From an uncultured candidate division Zixibacteria bacterium (GTDB taxonomy: Bacteria > Zixibacteria > MSB-5A5 > GN15 > FEB-12): DNA of 64,000 nucleotides. A program made the position numbers and the translations under genes. Under the pieces are notes generated by a model. The model did no database searches. It was not told the DNA's origin and saw nothing but the letters and a program-made list of their open reading frames with translations. The stretch's first letter is position 1. Each line of letters opens with the position of its first letter. Location of the stretch: contig OY760907.1 in NCBI GenBank assembly GCA_963664195.1, positions 3,776,353 to 3,840,352 of the forward strand, given 5' to 3'. Shown here in pieces: positions 18,733 through 28,650 of the stretch.

Positions 18733-19200
18733 TCAGGCGGTCTTTTTCGAATTGGCCCGCTGGCGTAGAAAAGTATTGGTGGAGATTTCGTCGAGATCTT
18801 TTTGTTCGACTTTTTCGATCTCTTTGCGATGCCGGGTTTTCTGCTTCTCTTTGAGCAGTTCGTACATCTTGCGTTCTTTGGCCGCCTCGACCAGTTTCTG
18901 GCGACGCTTCTCGACTTCACGTTCGAGTCCGCGAAGAAACTCTGTGCCTGCAATGCGATCGCGTTTCAGACGCACGAGATACCGCGAGCAAACAAGCGTC
19001 TCGGCGACGCTGATGTTACCGATCAGTTTCTTGCGCTGATGGTCAAACGTACTGACACGGTGCTTGTCGAGCTCGGTTAGTTTGCCCTTTTGTTCGACAA
19101 CCTGTCCCTGAGCCTCGGCCAGTTCTTTTTGACGTTCTTTCTCTTTGTGCTCGCGCACTTTGAGCATCGGCTCGAACCGGTATTTGAACTTCTTGGCCAT
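18733..19200 (-). CDS. fliJ: Flagellar export protein FliJ
   Basis: MAKKFKYRFEPMLKVR...EQKDLDE; follows fliI. Confidence 0.92.
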   Translation of the reverse strand: MAKKFKYRFEPMLKVREHKEKERQKELAEAQGQVVEQKGKLTELDKHRVSTFDHQRKKLIGNISVAETLVCSRYLVRLKRDRIAGTEFLRGLEREVEKRRQKLVEAAKERKMYELLKEKQKTRHRKEIEKVEQKDLDEISTNTFLRQRANSKKTA

Positions 19201-19204
19201 ACGA

Positions 19205-20521
19205 TCAATTCGCGACAATCTGTTTCATTTGCGAGATCAGGTCGCTGTGTTCGCATTTCTCGTAGATGCCCTGTTTGAAGAGCGTGTTGATATCGTCCAT
19301 CTTGCTGATAGCCCGATCGATTTTCGGATTAGAGCCTTTGGCATAGGCCCCTATATTGATCAAGTCTTCCGATTCTCTGTAGGTGGCTACAAGCTCACGA
19401 ATCTCGCCGCCGAGGGCGACTTCTTCCTCTGTCGAAACATCTTTCATAAGACGACTGATGGAGTCGAGAACGTCCACCGCCGGATACTGGTTGAGCGATG
19501 CCAACCGGCGTGACAGCGCGACGTGACCATCAAGAATAGAACGTACGGCATCCGAGATCGGCTCGTTGAAATCGTCTGCCTCCACAAGCACGGTGTACAA
19601 TCCGGTGATCGATCCCGCCTGTGTGGAACCGGCCCGTTCAAGAAGAGTCGGCAGCAGTGCAAACACCGAGGGCGTGTAGCCCTTGGTAGCCGGCGGCTCT
19701 CCCACGGCCAGGCCTATTTCGCGCTGTGCCATGGCGACACGAGTGACCGAATCCATGAGCAGCATGACGTTTTTACCGTCCTCGCGGAAGTACTCCGCGA
19801 TTGCAGTGGCAGCCATTGCGCCCTTGATACGGATCAGCGCCGGTTGATCGGAACTCACGGCCACGACGACCGAGCGAGCGAGTCCCTGCGGGCCGAGATC
19901 GCGTTCGATGAACTCACGGACCTCGCGGCCACGTTCACCGATCAGCGCGATGACGTTTATGTCGGCGGAGGAGTTTCTGGCGATCATGCCGAGCGTGACA
20001 GACTTGCCAACGCCGGAGCCCGCGAAAATCCCCATCCTCTGTCCTTTGCCTATAGCCGTCATGCTGTCAATAGCTTTGATACCGGTCCTGACCGGTTCTT
20101 TGATACGACTGCGGCTGAGCACCGGAATGGGAGAAGCCGAGACCGAACGTGTAACGCTGCTGGCAATGGGACCTTTTCCGTCGAGAGGCCGGCCAAGTCC
20201 GTCGAGAATTCTACCGACTAGCGAAGGTCCAACCGGAATTCGCAGTTGATCCGAAGTGGAAGTAACAATCGCTCCCGGAGTAATCCCACTGATGGGGCCG
20301 TAGGGCATCAGCAGCAGACGGTTGTCGCGGAAGCCGACTACTTCGGCCTGTATTTTCGAGGACGAGTCCTGGTTTTCTATGTGGCAGAGACGACCGATCG
20401 AGATCGCCGGTCCTGCGGATTCGATCACGAGGCCGACAACCTGTGTGACTTTGCCAAAGTGCTTGACGGGGTTGGATCTGGCAATCCGATCAGAGTACAT
20501 ATCGTAGGGGACTACACTCAA
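19205..20521 (-). CDS. fliI: Flagellar export ATPase FliI
   Basis: GIFAGSGVGKS Walker A, GERGREV, GEPPATKGYTPSV. Confidence 0.97.
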   Translation of the reverse strand: MSVVPYDMYSDRIARSNPVKHFGKVTQVVGLVIESAGPAISIGRLCHIENQDSSSKIQAEVVGFRDNRLLLMPYGPISGITPGAIVTSTSDQLRIPVGPSLVGRILDGLGRPLDGKGPIASSVTRSVSASPIPVLSRSRIKEPVRTGIKAIDSMTAIGKGQRMGIFAGSGVGKSVTLGMIARNSSADINVIALIGERGREVREFIERDLGPQGLARSVVVAVSSDQPALIRIKGAMAATAIAEYFREDGKNVMLLMDSVTRVAMAQREIGLAVGEPPATKGYTPSVFALLPTLLERAGSTQAGSITGLYTVLVEADDFNEPISDAVRSILDGHVALSRRLASLNQYPAVDVLDSISRLMKDVSTEEEVALGGEIRELVATYRESEDLINIGAYAKGSNPKIDRAISKMDDINTLFKQGIYEKCEHSDLISQMKQIVAN

Positions 20522-21219
20522 TTAGATTCACCGTCGTTGAGGAGGGCGTTGGTAACGACTTCGAACTGCGATTCAAGCCGGGCATCTATGTCACCTGTCG
20601 GCGTCTCGATGAAGCATCCCCCCATGCGCACTCGCGGATCCGCCTCAAACGTGAGGTCTTTGATCGAGGTCGAGTTGCCAAGGAACCGATCCATGCTCTG
20701 TTCGAGAATCGGCAAATGTTTCGGGTGAACCTTGATCTTCAGCCTGGAACGGTCCACCAAACCGTTGATTACGCTCTCAATGAGATCAACGGTCGCTTCG
20801 CGGTCGATTTCCATGGCATCGTAAGTGACTTTCTTGCTGATTTGAACGACAAGATCAAGAATGTTCTGTTTTGCTTCCTCCAGCAAGGCACTCCGCTGAT
20901 TGACGGCATCCTGAATCGCCGCTTCGAACTGCCCGAGCACTTTGCGTGCTTCGTTCAATCCTTCCTGAAGACCGGTCTCGTGCCCCTGCTTGAGACCTGC
21001 CTTGTGAGCTTCTTCGCAATCCTGACGGAGTCTTTCTTCTAATCTGGCGACTTCGCAGACTGGAATCATCTTCGCGCCGTCGGGATCGGTAATCAGGGAT
21101 ACCAGCGGAAATATCTGGCCCAATCGCTCCTCGGCGCTTTTCTCGGCCCGGAGATCAAGTTGCCGGTCACCGATGAAGACTGTTGGTGCCGCCGTGGCAT
21201 ATCGTATTATTTTAGACAA
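20518..21219 (-). CDS. fliH: Flagellar assembly protein FliH
   Basis: GxxxG repeats; IKVHP, GGCFIETPTGDIDA; between fliG and fliI. Confidence 0.9.
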   Translation of the reverse strand: MSKIIRYATAAPTVFIGDRQLDLRAEKSAEERLGQIFPLVSLITDPDGAKMIPVCEVARLEERLRQDCEEAHKAGLKQGHETGLQEGLNEARKVLGQFEAAIQDAVNQRSALLEEAKQNILDLVVQISKKVTYDAMEIDREATVDLIESVINGLVDRSRLKIKVHPKHLPILEQSMDRFLGNSTSIKDLTFEADPRVRMGGCFIETPTGDIDARLESQFEVVTNALLNDGESN

Positions 21220-22222
21220 TTACATCCTCTTTGCCGCCACGGCCGGAGATTATAATCTGGCCTTCTTCCTCAAGTCTCCTGACTGCCTCAACAATGCGAC
21301 CCTGCGCCGACTCGACATCGGAGAGTCTGGTCGGACCCATGAATTCCATTTCTTCCTTGATCATCACCGATACACGTTCGGAAACATTCGCGAAAATCTT
21401 ACTCTTGACTTCGTCGCCCGCAGCCTTCAGGGCGGTCGAGAGGTCCTTGGTTTCGACTTCCTTCAGCAGACGCTGAATAGAGCGATCATCCAGGAGGACG
21501 AGGTCATCAAAGACAAACATCATGTTCTTGACTTCTGCGGCAAGATCCGGGTCTTCTGCTTCAAGCGACTGTAGAATATTCTTTTCAGCTGTGGTGTCGA
21601 TAAGGTTGAGGATCTCTGCAATTGCTTTTGCGCCGCCGGACACAGAGAGGTCGCGGGCCGAGTCCGTACCAAAGTGAGCTTCGAGGGTAGCCTCGATCTC
21701 CTTGAGGATTTCCGGAGATATCTTCTCCATTGTTGCCACCCGGAGCGAAACTTCGGTCTGCAGTTCCGGGGGCAGTTCCGAGAGTACCGCTGCGGCCTGA
21801 GTCGGGTTCAACTGTGTGAGAATCAGGGCCGTGGTCTGAGGGTGCTCATTCTGGAAATAGCCGGTAAGTTGCTTGGGATCGATATCTTTCAGTAGCGAGA
21901 AACCGGTTGCCTTAAACGATGATTCGAGCCGTTGCAGTATGTCGCGCGCACGACTCATGCCCACGGCCTTTTCGAGAATTTCGGAGGCGAAATCCACACC
22001 ACCCTGAGAGATATACTGACGGGCCATGAAGATTTCGTGGCACTCGGCTATCACCTTCTCTTCGATATCGGCAGGGACATCACGAAGGTTGGCGATTTCA
22101 ATGGTGATCTTCTCAAGCTCGTTTTCGTTCATGCCCTTGAGTACCAGAGCAGAAACCTCCGGACCGAACGCCACCAGCGCTACTGCCGCTTTCTGTTGAG
22201 GGGTCATTTCTTCAAACAGCAT
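21212..22222 (-). CDS. fliG: Motor switch protein FliG
   Basis: QKAA, EHPQT, MFVFDDL, FMGPTRLSDVE. Confidence 0.97.
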   Translation of the reverse strand: MLFEEMTPQQKAAVALVAFGPEVSALVLKGMNENELEKITIEIANLRDVPADIEEKVIAECHEIFMARQYISQGGVDFASEILEKAVGMSRARDILQRLESSFKATGFSLLKDIDPKQLTGYFQNEHPQTTALILTQLNPTQAAAVLSELPPELQTEVSLRVATMEKISPEILKEIEATLEAHFGTDSARDLSVSGGAKAIAEILNLIDTTAEKNILQSLEAEDPDLAAEVKNMMFVFDDLVLLDDRSIQRLLKEVETKDLSTALKAAGDEVKSKIFANVSERVSVMIKEEMEFMGPTRLSDVESAQGRIVEAVRRLEEEGQIIISGRGGKEDVIV

Positions 22223-22229
22223 ACCGACT

Positions 22230-23789
22230 CTACTCGATCATCATAGTTTTAATGACTTTGGCGATTTCATCAGGACGATCTTTCGCCGCTTTCTGCATGT
22301 GGTCAACCAGCCGAGGTGCTCTCTTCTCCGGTTCAATCGGCTGCAATATCTGCTCTTCCTCCTCAGAGGACCTCGACTCAGAGGGGGCAGCCATCATGAT
22401 CGGACGCTGCGGAACGATCTTGCCAAGCGCGCCAAACAACTTGCTCGATTTCTTCTTGAACCAGAGAAGACCGATCAGAGCCAGCAGGACTATACCAATC
22501 TTCTTTGCCGTGTCGATATAGAACTCTCTCATGTACATCGAGTCCAGCAGTTCCCTGTCGCTGTCGAGATCGCGACGATCAAAGGGCAGGTTAACCATTT
22601 CTATCTGATCGCTTCGCTGAGCATCAAATCCCACGGCGTTCTGGACGATTGCCGTCAGGCGGTCAAGCTCTTCCTGGGGACGAGGCTGGTACACCGACTC
22701 GATATCGCCGGCTTCGTTTTCCACGTCATTGTATGTTCCATCGACCATGACGGCAACCGACAGCCGATTGACACCGCCAACACCGTTGATGATGTGCTCC
22801 ATGGTTTTGTTAAGCTCGTAATTAGTAATTGTCGTTTCGTTCGATCCGTCCTCGTTGGACTCGTCGGTCTCGCCGTTCTTATCTGTAAGGGTGTTCGAAC
22901 TCTTGACGCGCTCTTCGCTGCGAATCGATGGTGAGTTGGCATCGTAAATCTCCGAAGTACGCTCAAGCTGCTGGAAGTCCAGGTCGGCAGTTACTCTCAC
23001 CAGCGAGGTTGAGGGACCAAGAACGCCGTCGAGCAGCGACTGCGCTTTGTCTTCAAGGTATGCCTCGACATTCTTGCGGACCTCAAGCTGTGTACTCGAC
23101 AGCCCGGCGACGGCATCGCTCGAATTTCCGGATGACAGCAGATTGCCATCATAATCGATTATGGCGATGTTCTCCGGCTTCAATCCCTCGACAGATGCAG
23201 CCACCAAATTGGCAATACCGCCGATCTGACGTTTGCCGAGGCCGTTCTTGCCGGTCAGTTTCAGCAGCACCGAAGCGGTGGCCTCTTTCTTGTCAGCTTT
23301 GAACAAACGATCCTTCGGCACGACAATGTGCACGCGTGCGGCCTGCACCTCGTTGAGTTGCATGATCGTGCGCGTCAACTCACCCTCCAGAGCCCGACGG
23401 AAATTCAGGTTCTGCAGAAAGTCGGTCATGCCCAGGTTGTTCTGGTCAAAGATCGAATACCCGACACTGCCCGACCTCGGTATGCCTTCGGCGGCCAGAG
23501 ATATCCTCGTCTTGTAAACATCGTCGGATGGAATCTCGATTGTGCGACCGCTACCGGATATCTGGTAGGGAATCTTGTTGTCGGTGAGATAGTTAATGAC
23601 GTCGCCCGATTCAGCTTCGTCGAGATCAGAGTACAGGCGTGAATAGGTGACACTCGAGAACCATCCGACCACGAGGACTATCCCGACGATCGATCCGGCA
23701 ACAACGCCAAAAAGCATCATGACCTGACTGGGGGTCATTCTGCTGATGAAATCACCAAAACCCTTAAATACCTGTTTAAAGTAGTCCAT
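22230..23789 (-). CDS. fliF: MS-ring protein FliF
   Basis: RALEGELTRTI, ARVHIVVP, RLSVAVMVD; two TM segments. Confidence 0.97.
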   Translation of the reverse strand: MDYFKQVFKGFGDFISRMTPSQVMMLFGVVAGSIVGIVLVVGWFSSVTYSRLYSDLDEAESGDVINYLTDNKIPYQISGSGRTIEIPSDDVYKTRISLAAEGIPRSGSVGYSIFDQNNLGMTDFLQNLNFRRALEGELTRTIMQLNEVQAARVHIVVPKDRLFKADKKEATASVLLKLTGKNGLGKRQIGGIANLVAASVEGLKPENIAIIDYDGNLLSSGNSSDAVAGLSSTQLEVRKNVEAYLEDKAQSLLDGVLGPSTSLVRVTADLDFQQLERTSEIYDANSPSIRSEERVKSSNTLTDKNGETDESNEDGSNETTITNYELNKTMEHIINGVGGVNRLSVAVMVDGTYNDVENEAGDIESVYQPRPQEELDRLTAIVQNAVGFDAQRSDQIEMVNLPFDRRDLDSDRELLDSMYMREFYIDTAKKIGIVLLALIGLLWFKKKSSKLFGALGKIVPQRPIMMAAPSESRSSEEEEQILQPIEPEKRAPRLVDHMQKAAKDRPDEIAKVIKTMMIE

Positions 23790-23850
23790 ATGACATCCTA
23801 TTTACCACATGTGACCAACCGATCCATGGCCGGTCTCGAGTATCTGACAG

Positions 23851-24177
23851 CTACATAGGCATGCGTATTACTTCGTTATATGCAGCCAGCAATTTGTTGC
23901 GTATCTCCAGCAGCAGATCCATGCTGATACCGGCTTCTTCCGCTTTAATCATCACCTCGTGCAATTCGACAGGTTCACCGGCGAGAAAGGCCTTCTGGGC
24001 TTCCGCAGATTCCTTCTGCAGGCCGTTTACCGACTCGATCATGTTTGAAACCACATCGGAGAACTTGGGTTGATCAGAGGCTGCCTGTCCCGCCGGTTTG
24101 GTGGAGGTTGTCCCCTGCGGTTCAATCAGTCCGGGAATCAGCCGTTGTGTATTGAGCACAGAGCCTGCCACGATCAC
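23851..24177 (-). CDS. fliE: Hook-basal body protein FliE
   Basis: ELHEVMIKAEEA...EIRNKLLAAYNEVIRMPM. Confidence 0.95.
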   Translation of the reverse strand: MIVAGSVLNTQRLIPGLIEPQGTTSTKPAGQAASDQPKFSDVVSNMIESVNGLQKESAEAQKAFLAGEPVELHEVMIKAEEAGISMDLLLEIRNKLLAAYNEVIRMPM

Positions 24178-24518
24178 ACCCTCACGTCGACCAGTCGTCC
24201 GACTGCCTGTTCGGCACTGTCGTTCTCTGCTTCGCTCTGGAAACCGGGGCCGAAACGACCGGAGTCCTTGAACTTTGCGAACAACAGGTCAAGCGCCTGA
24301 CGCTCTTCGGTTGAGAGATACTGGTCATAGCTGCCCTTGGGTGCTTTCACCGCCAGGGCCGGTTTTTGCACCGTGTTCTGCGGCTCGATAACCACCTTGT
24401 TGTTGGCGGCCTGGCTTGACTTGTCCTGCGCCTGGGCAATGCCAGATCGATCCTGACGATTCACGTTCTGATTCGTCAGATTCTGGTAGGATTGTATTCC
24501 TGCCGGGTTGACTTTCAT
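24174..24518 (-). CDS. Hypothetical protein between flgC and fliE
   Basis: GAGGAG RBS; 4-bp overlap with fliE start; Q/N-rich N-terminus, C-terminal GRLVDVRV. Confidence 0.75.
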   Translation of the reverse strand: MKVNPAGIQSYQNLTNQNVNRQDRSGIAQAQDKSSQAANNKVVIEPQNTVQKPALAVKAPKGSYDQYLSTEERQALDLLFAKFKDSGRFGPGFQSEAENDSAEQAVGRLVDVRV

Positions 24519-24538
24519 CACTTACTCCTCACCTGTTC

Positions 24539-25036
24539 CTATATCTCGAGTGCTTTTTCTGCCATGCTTTTCGCCGAGGATATCACCGTGGTGTTGGCCT
24601 CATAGGCGCGCGAGGCGGTCATCAGGTCGACCATCTCGTTCATAATTTCGACATTCGGCATCTCCACATACCCGTCTTCGTTGGCGTCGGGATGTTCCGG
24701 GTCGTAAATCAGCTTGGGTTCGGCGTTGGGGTCTACGACTTCCTTGTGACTTACAGCTGACACAATTGACCTCTCGCCTGTCCTGACCGTTCCGCCAGAG
24801 CGATGACCCGAGTTCGTCCGCGATAGTCTCGTGTTAGCATTTGAGAGCGCCGAAGAAAACGTAGTGCTGCTGTTCTTGTCCTCACTGAAAACGACCTGTT
24901 TGCGACGGTAGGGTCCGCCTTCGGGTGTCTCGACCGTTTCGGCGTTGGCCATATTCTGTGCGATAACGTTCATTTTCGCACGCTGGGCTGAAAGACCCTG
25001 CGACGAGATTCCAATTGCGTTAATTATGCCACCCAT
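24539..25036 (-). CDS. flgC: Rod protein FlgC
   Basis: NMANAET...GGPYRRK; YDPEHPDANEDGYVEMPNV; ASRAYEAN. Confidence 0.97.
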   Translation of the reverse strand: MGGIINAIGISSQGLSAQRAKMNVIAQNMANAETVETPEGGPYRRKQVVFSEDKNSSTTFSSALSNANTRLSRTNSGHRSGGTVRTGERSIVSAVSHKEVVDPNAEPKLIYDPEHPDANEDGYVEMPNVEIMNEMVDLMTASRAYEANTTVISSAKSMAEKALEI

Positions 25037-25047
25037 AAGCCTCTATC

Positions 25048-25461
25048 CTATTTGCTCGTTATCGCTTTTCTCAGCCCGGTGAACTTCTTCTCAAGCAGCC
25101 GCGCCGCAATCGTATACATCAACTCGTTTTCTGCCATCTTGGGGACTTCGCGATCAATATCAACCGAGTTGACATCCCCGCTGGCTACCCGCGAGCGCTC
25201 AACCTTGGGAGCGCGAGCCGCGTGATGTCCGGTAGGAATGTGGGCCGGGTTGGTAACGGTTCCGGCGAGGCCATTGCTCTTCCCGAAGGCCTTGGACAGC
25301 TCACCCTTGAAGTCAACGTCGCAAGCCTCATACCCTGGAGTAGAGACGTTAGCCACATTGCTCGATATCAGTTTGTGCCGCAGGCTGGTGAGATCAAGAA
25401 ACCTCTTGCTGTCGGCGACACCGATCTTATTGAACAGATATCCGCTTAGCTTGTTATCCAT
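25048..25461 (-). CDS. flgB: Rod protein FlgB
   Basis: SSNVANVSTPGY; NSVDIDRE; upstream of flgC. Confidence 0.93.
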   Translation of the reverse strand: MDNKLSGYLFNKIGVADSKRFLDLTSLRHKLISSNVANVSTPGYEACDVDFKGELSKAFGKSNGLAGTVTNPAHIPTGHHAARAPKVERSRVASGDVNSVDIDREVPKMAENELMYTIAARLLEKKFTGLRKAITSK

Positions 25462-25500
25462 CACTTCTTGTCCCAATTACAGTTCATCAAGCGTTGCATA

Positions 25501-25517
25501 AGCAAGGATAATGCCAA
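25501..25517 (-). promoter_or_regulatory. Sigma54 -24/-12 promoter of flgB operon
   Basis: Minus strand TTGGCATT-ATCC-TTGCT. Confidence 0.85.
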
Positions 25518-25605
25518 ACTGTCAGAGGCGTGGGCTATACGACTGTCAACAAATGACTTATGGCCGCCGACGGCTATCTGCCGGCGTACGCGATTGACCG
25601 CTGGT

Positions 25606-25642
25606 CCGGAAACGATTTCCGGGACACAGGGAAAAAACTACT
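25606..25642. promoter_or_regulatory. Tandem upstream activator boxes for flgB promoter
   Basis: Perfect palindrome CCGGAAA-CGA-TTTCCGG (25606-25622) plus weaker GGAAA-AAA-CTACT at 25630. Confidence 0.7.
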
Positions 25643-26378
25643 GCTCGGAGTAGTACAGTTGAGAGGTCGGTTCGGTCAGCGTAACCTCCATCGTGAGGAT
25701 CACTACGTCCACACGCCGGTTACGTGCCCGGTTTTCCGGGGAGTTGTTGGCCGCGATAGGCCGGAACTCACCGTAGCCGAGCGCCGAAATCCGGTCCGGC
25801 GGTATAGCGTGGTTTTCAGCATAGTACCGCACAACCGTCGTGGCACGAGCCGATGACAGCTCCCAGTTCGACGGATAGACATTGGTCTGGATCGGGTAGT
25901 CGTCGGTGTGCCCCTCGACCCGAATATGATTCGGACGTCCCTGCAACTGGTCGCCGATCAGATCGAGCACTTCCATAGCTCGCGGTTTTAGCGCAGCCGA
26001 GCCACGGTCAAAAAGGGCCGACTCAAGGATATGAACAACCAGGCCGCGTTCGGTGATTTCGGTTTGAAGCTCTTCCTGTTTGCCAAGCTGCTTGAAACGT
26101 TCTTCGATACGCACCTGGACCATGCGCAGATTGCCGAGTTTCAGAAGCCCGTGGCCGTTTTTGATCGGTTCAAGCTGGTATCTGAGAATCGACTCGCCGC
26201 CGCGAAGGACCGTGTTCAGGGCATCGGAGACTTTGCCGAATTTCTTATTGTCAACCTGCGACATGGAATACATGACAACGAAAAACGCCAAGAGGAGCGT
26301 GATGAGGTCTGAGTAAGTAAGGAGCCAGCGCTCGAGATTTTCCGGCGCTTCGTTTTTGCTGTTGCGTCGACTGACCAT
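25638..26378 (-). CDS. motB: Stator protein MotB
   Basis: WLLTYSDLITLLLAFF; OmpA-like VEGHTD, SNWELSSARA, RNRRVD. Confidence 0.96.
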   Translation of the reverse strand: MVSRRNSKNEAPENLERWLLTYSDLITLLLAFFVVMYSMSQVDNKKFGKVSDALNTVLRGGESILRYQLEPIKNGHGLLKLGNLRMVQVRIEERFKQLGKQEELQTEITERGLVVHILESALFDRGSAALKPRAMEVLDLIGDQLQGRPNHIRVEGHTDDYPIQTNVYPSNWELSSARATTVVRYYAENHAIPPDRISALGYGEFRPIAANNSPENRARNRRVDVVILTMEVTLTEPTSQLYYSEQ

Positions 26379-26381
26379 CGA

Positions 26382-27146
26382 TCAGACCTCTTGCAAACGT
26401 TTCGAAGGCGCAACGTATGACTGCAGGCGGGTGCGGATATTGCGAGGGTTCTCGCCGGATTGGATGGCGACGACGCCCTCCATAATCAGCTCGAGATAAG
26501 CCATCTCTTCGTCGTTCTTCATGCGCAGCTTATCCGACACCGGCAGGAAGAACAGGTTTGCAAGTCCGATACCCCAGAGGGTAGCAATAAAGGCGGCTGC
26601 GATAGCGCCGGCCATTTTCGAGGCATCAGAGGTATTCCCCAGCGCATGAATCAGCCCCAGCACGGTACCGATGATACCGAGAGTCGGTGCAAAGCCACCG
26701 GCCTTCTGAAAGAAGATAATGCCCCGTTTGTGACGTTCCTCAACGTAAGCGATCTCAGTTTCGAGAATCTCCCTGAGAACCGTCACCTCTGTGCCGTCTA
26801 TTAATAGCTGGACCGCTTTTTTGAAGAACGGCATTTTGACTTTCTTGAGGTCTTTCTCCAAACCGAGTATTCCCTCACGACGAGCCTTCTCGGCAAGGTG
26901 AACGATGTCCTCAATCTCGTGGCGGAAATCGTGACGACGATTCGCAAACGCCGTGAGCAGATAGTGCGGTACTCCCATGACCGTCTCTACCGAAGTAGTA
27001 ATCATGGTAGCTCCCAGCGTTCCCCCGATCACAATCAGCATCGGCGCAAAAAGAAAGACCGATTCCAACTCGCCGCCCTCCAGGACGAACGCCCCGGTTA
27101 CGGCACCGATTGCCAGAATCAAGCCGAATATCGTCGCTAAGTCCAT
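26382..27146 (-). CDS. motA: Stator protein MotA
   Basis: ARREGILGLE; APTLGIIGTVLGLI; AFIATLWG; IQSGENP. Confidence 0.96.
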   Translation of the reverse strand: MDLATIFGLILAIGAVTGAFVLEGGELESVFLFAPMLIVIGGTLGATMITTSVETVMGVPHYLLTAFANRRHDFRHEIEDIVHLAEKARREGILGLEKDLKKVKMPFFKKAVQLLIDGTEVTVLREILETEIAYVEERHKRGIIFFQKAGGFAPTLGIIGTVLGLIHALGNTSDASKMAGAIAAAFIATLWGIGLANLFFLPVSDKLRMKNDEEMAYLELIMEGVVAIQSGENPRNIRTRLQSYVAPSKRLQEV

Positions 27147-27219
27147 CTACATCCGAACCGTTTTGGAGTAAATATCTCATCTGGCCAGACTGCCAAAGCA
27201 GACCAACCCGTCAGTGATG

Positions 27220-27246
27220 TTATCGGCAGATGTACGCAGGGAGTGA
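27220..27246 (-). promoter_or_regulatory. Sigma28-type promoter of motAB
   Basis: Minus strand TCAC-N15-GCCGATAA (perfect -10). Confidence 0.75.
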
Positions 27247-27303
27247 AGTATTATTGAACAATTCGGTCGTGTAATCACACACGACCGGGACGTAGATGTC
27301 ACG

Positions 27304-28650
27304 CTATTCCTGCAATTGGTACTCGGCCAACTTGTTACGGATTGTTCTGGCGGACACGCCAAGAGCCTCCGCAGCACGGGTTTTGTTGCCGTTGTACTTT
27401 TCCAGGGTTTTGAGAATCAGATACTTGTTGCCCTCTTCAAGCTTCATCGGCACGCTCAGTCCTCCGGCCGCCGAGGCGACATCGCCGACCGCCAATTCAA
27501 CCGGGAAGTCGTTGTCGGATAGCACATCCGAGCGCGAGGTTACTACCGCCCGCTCGATCATGTTTTCCAACTCGCGCACATTCCCCGGCCAGTTGTATTT
27601 CATGAGCATTCTGAGAGCCTGCTGGCTGACGCCCTGGACAGCTTTGCCGTTCTCTTCGTTGTACTTCGAGATGAAATGATCCACCAACAAAGGAACATCC
27701 TCGCTCCGTTCGGAGAGCGTCGGGAGATGAATCGGAATGACATTCAATCTATAGTACAGATCCTCACGGAACTTACCCTGGGCGATATATTCTTTGAGAT
27801 TACGGTTCGAGGTCGCAACCACACGGACATCGACACCTATTGTCTGGCTTGAGCCAACCCGCTCGAACTCTCGTTCCTGGATGACACGAAGGAGCTTCGA
27901 TTGCAGGTTAATCGGCATCTCCGAAATCTCATCCAGCAACAGGGTCCCGTCGTGCGCAAGCTCGAATCGGCCGCGATGAGTCTTCTTGGCATCGGTGAAA
28001 GCACCCTTTTCATAGCCAAACAGCTCCGCTTCCACCAGTGTCTCCGGCAATGCCGCGCAGTTGAGCTTGACAAACGGTCCTTCCCGCCGGTTGGAGCAGT
28101 AATGAATCGCGCGGGCGACCATTTCTTTGCCCGAGCCTGAGGAGCCGGTAATCATAATGGTAGAACGAGCCTTGGCGACCGATTGAATCAGGTCAAAGAT
28201 CTCTTTCATTATCTTCGACTTGCCTATCATGTTCTGGAATTTGTGCTCGAGGTCTTTTCTGAGCAGGGCATTCTCCGCCCTGAGACCGATCATTTCCGTC
28301 ACCCGATTGAGTACATGCTCGACCGTATCCGGCGTCACCGGCTTGAGCAGGAAATCGTGAGCACCCTTCTTGATGGCGCTGACCGCCTTTTCAACAGTGC
28401 CGTAGGCGGTCATAATGACTACCGCAGTCTCCGGTGATATCCGTTTGATATTCTCAAGGAGCGTGATGCCGTCCATTTCCGGCATTTTCAGATCGCTCAA
28501 GACGATGTCAAAGGTTCGGCTCTTGAATTGTTGAAGGGCTTCCTCGCCGGAAAACGCCACGGTAGTATCGAACCCGGCCCGGCTGACTGCCTCGTTTACA
28601 TATTCATTAACGTACTTGTCATCATCAACAACCAGAACAGAATACTTCAT
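27304..28650 (-). CDS. Sigma54-dependent NtrC-family response regulator (FlgR/FlrC-like)
   Basis: REC + AAA (GSSGSGKE, GAFTDA, WPGNVRELEN) + Fis HTH. Confidence 0.95.
   Translation of the reverse strand: MKYSVLVVDDDKYVNEYVNEAVSRAGFDTTVAFSGEEALQQFKSRTFDIVLSDLKMPEMDGITLLENIKRISPETAVVIMTAYGTVEKAVSAIKKGAHDFLLKPVTPDTVEHVLNRVTEMIGLRAENALLRKDLEHKFQNMIGKSKIMKEIFDLIQSVAKARSTIMITGSSGSGKEMVARAIHYCSNRREGPFVKLNCAALPETLVEAELFGYEKGAFTDAKKTHRGRFELAHDGTLLLDEISEMPINLQSKLLRVIQEREFERVGSSQTIGVDVRVVATSNRNLKEYIAQGKFREDLYYRLNVIPIHLPTLSERSEDVPLLVDHFISKYNEENGKAVQGVSQQALRMLMKYNWPGNVRELENMIERAVVTSRSDVLSDNDFPVELAVGDVASAAGGLSVPMKLEEGNKYLILKTLEKYNGNKTRAAEALGVSARTIRNKLAEYQLQE

Noticed and set aside
27147..27219. Possible c-di-GMP riboswitch in the motA leader
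   Set aside because: No GEMM-type conserved motifs recognisable and the leader is short
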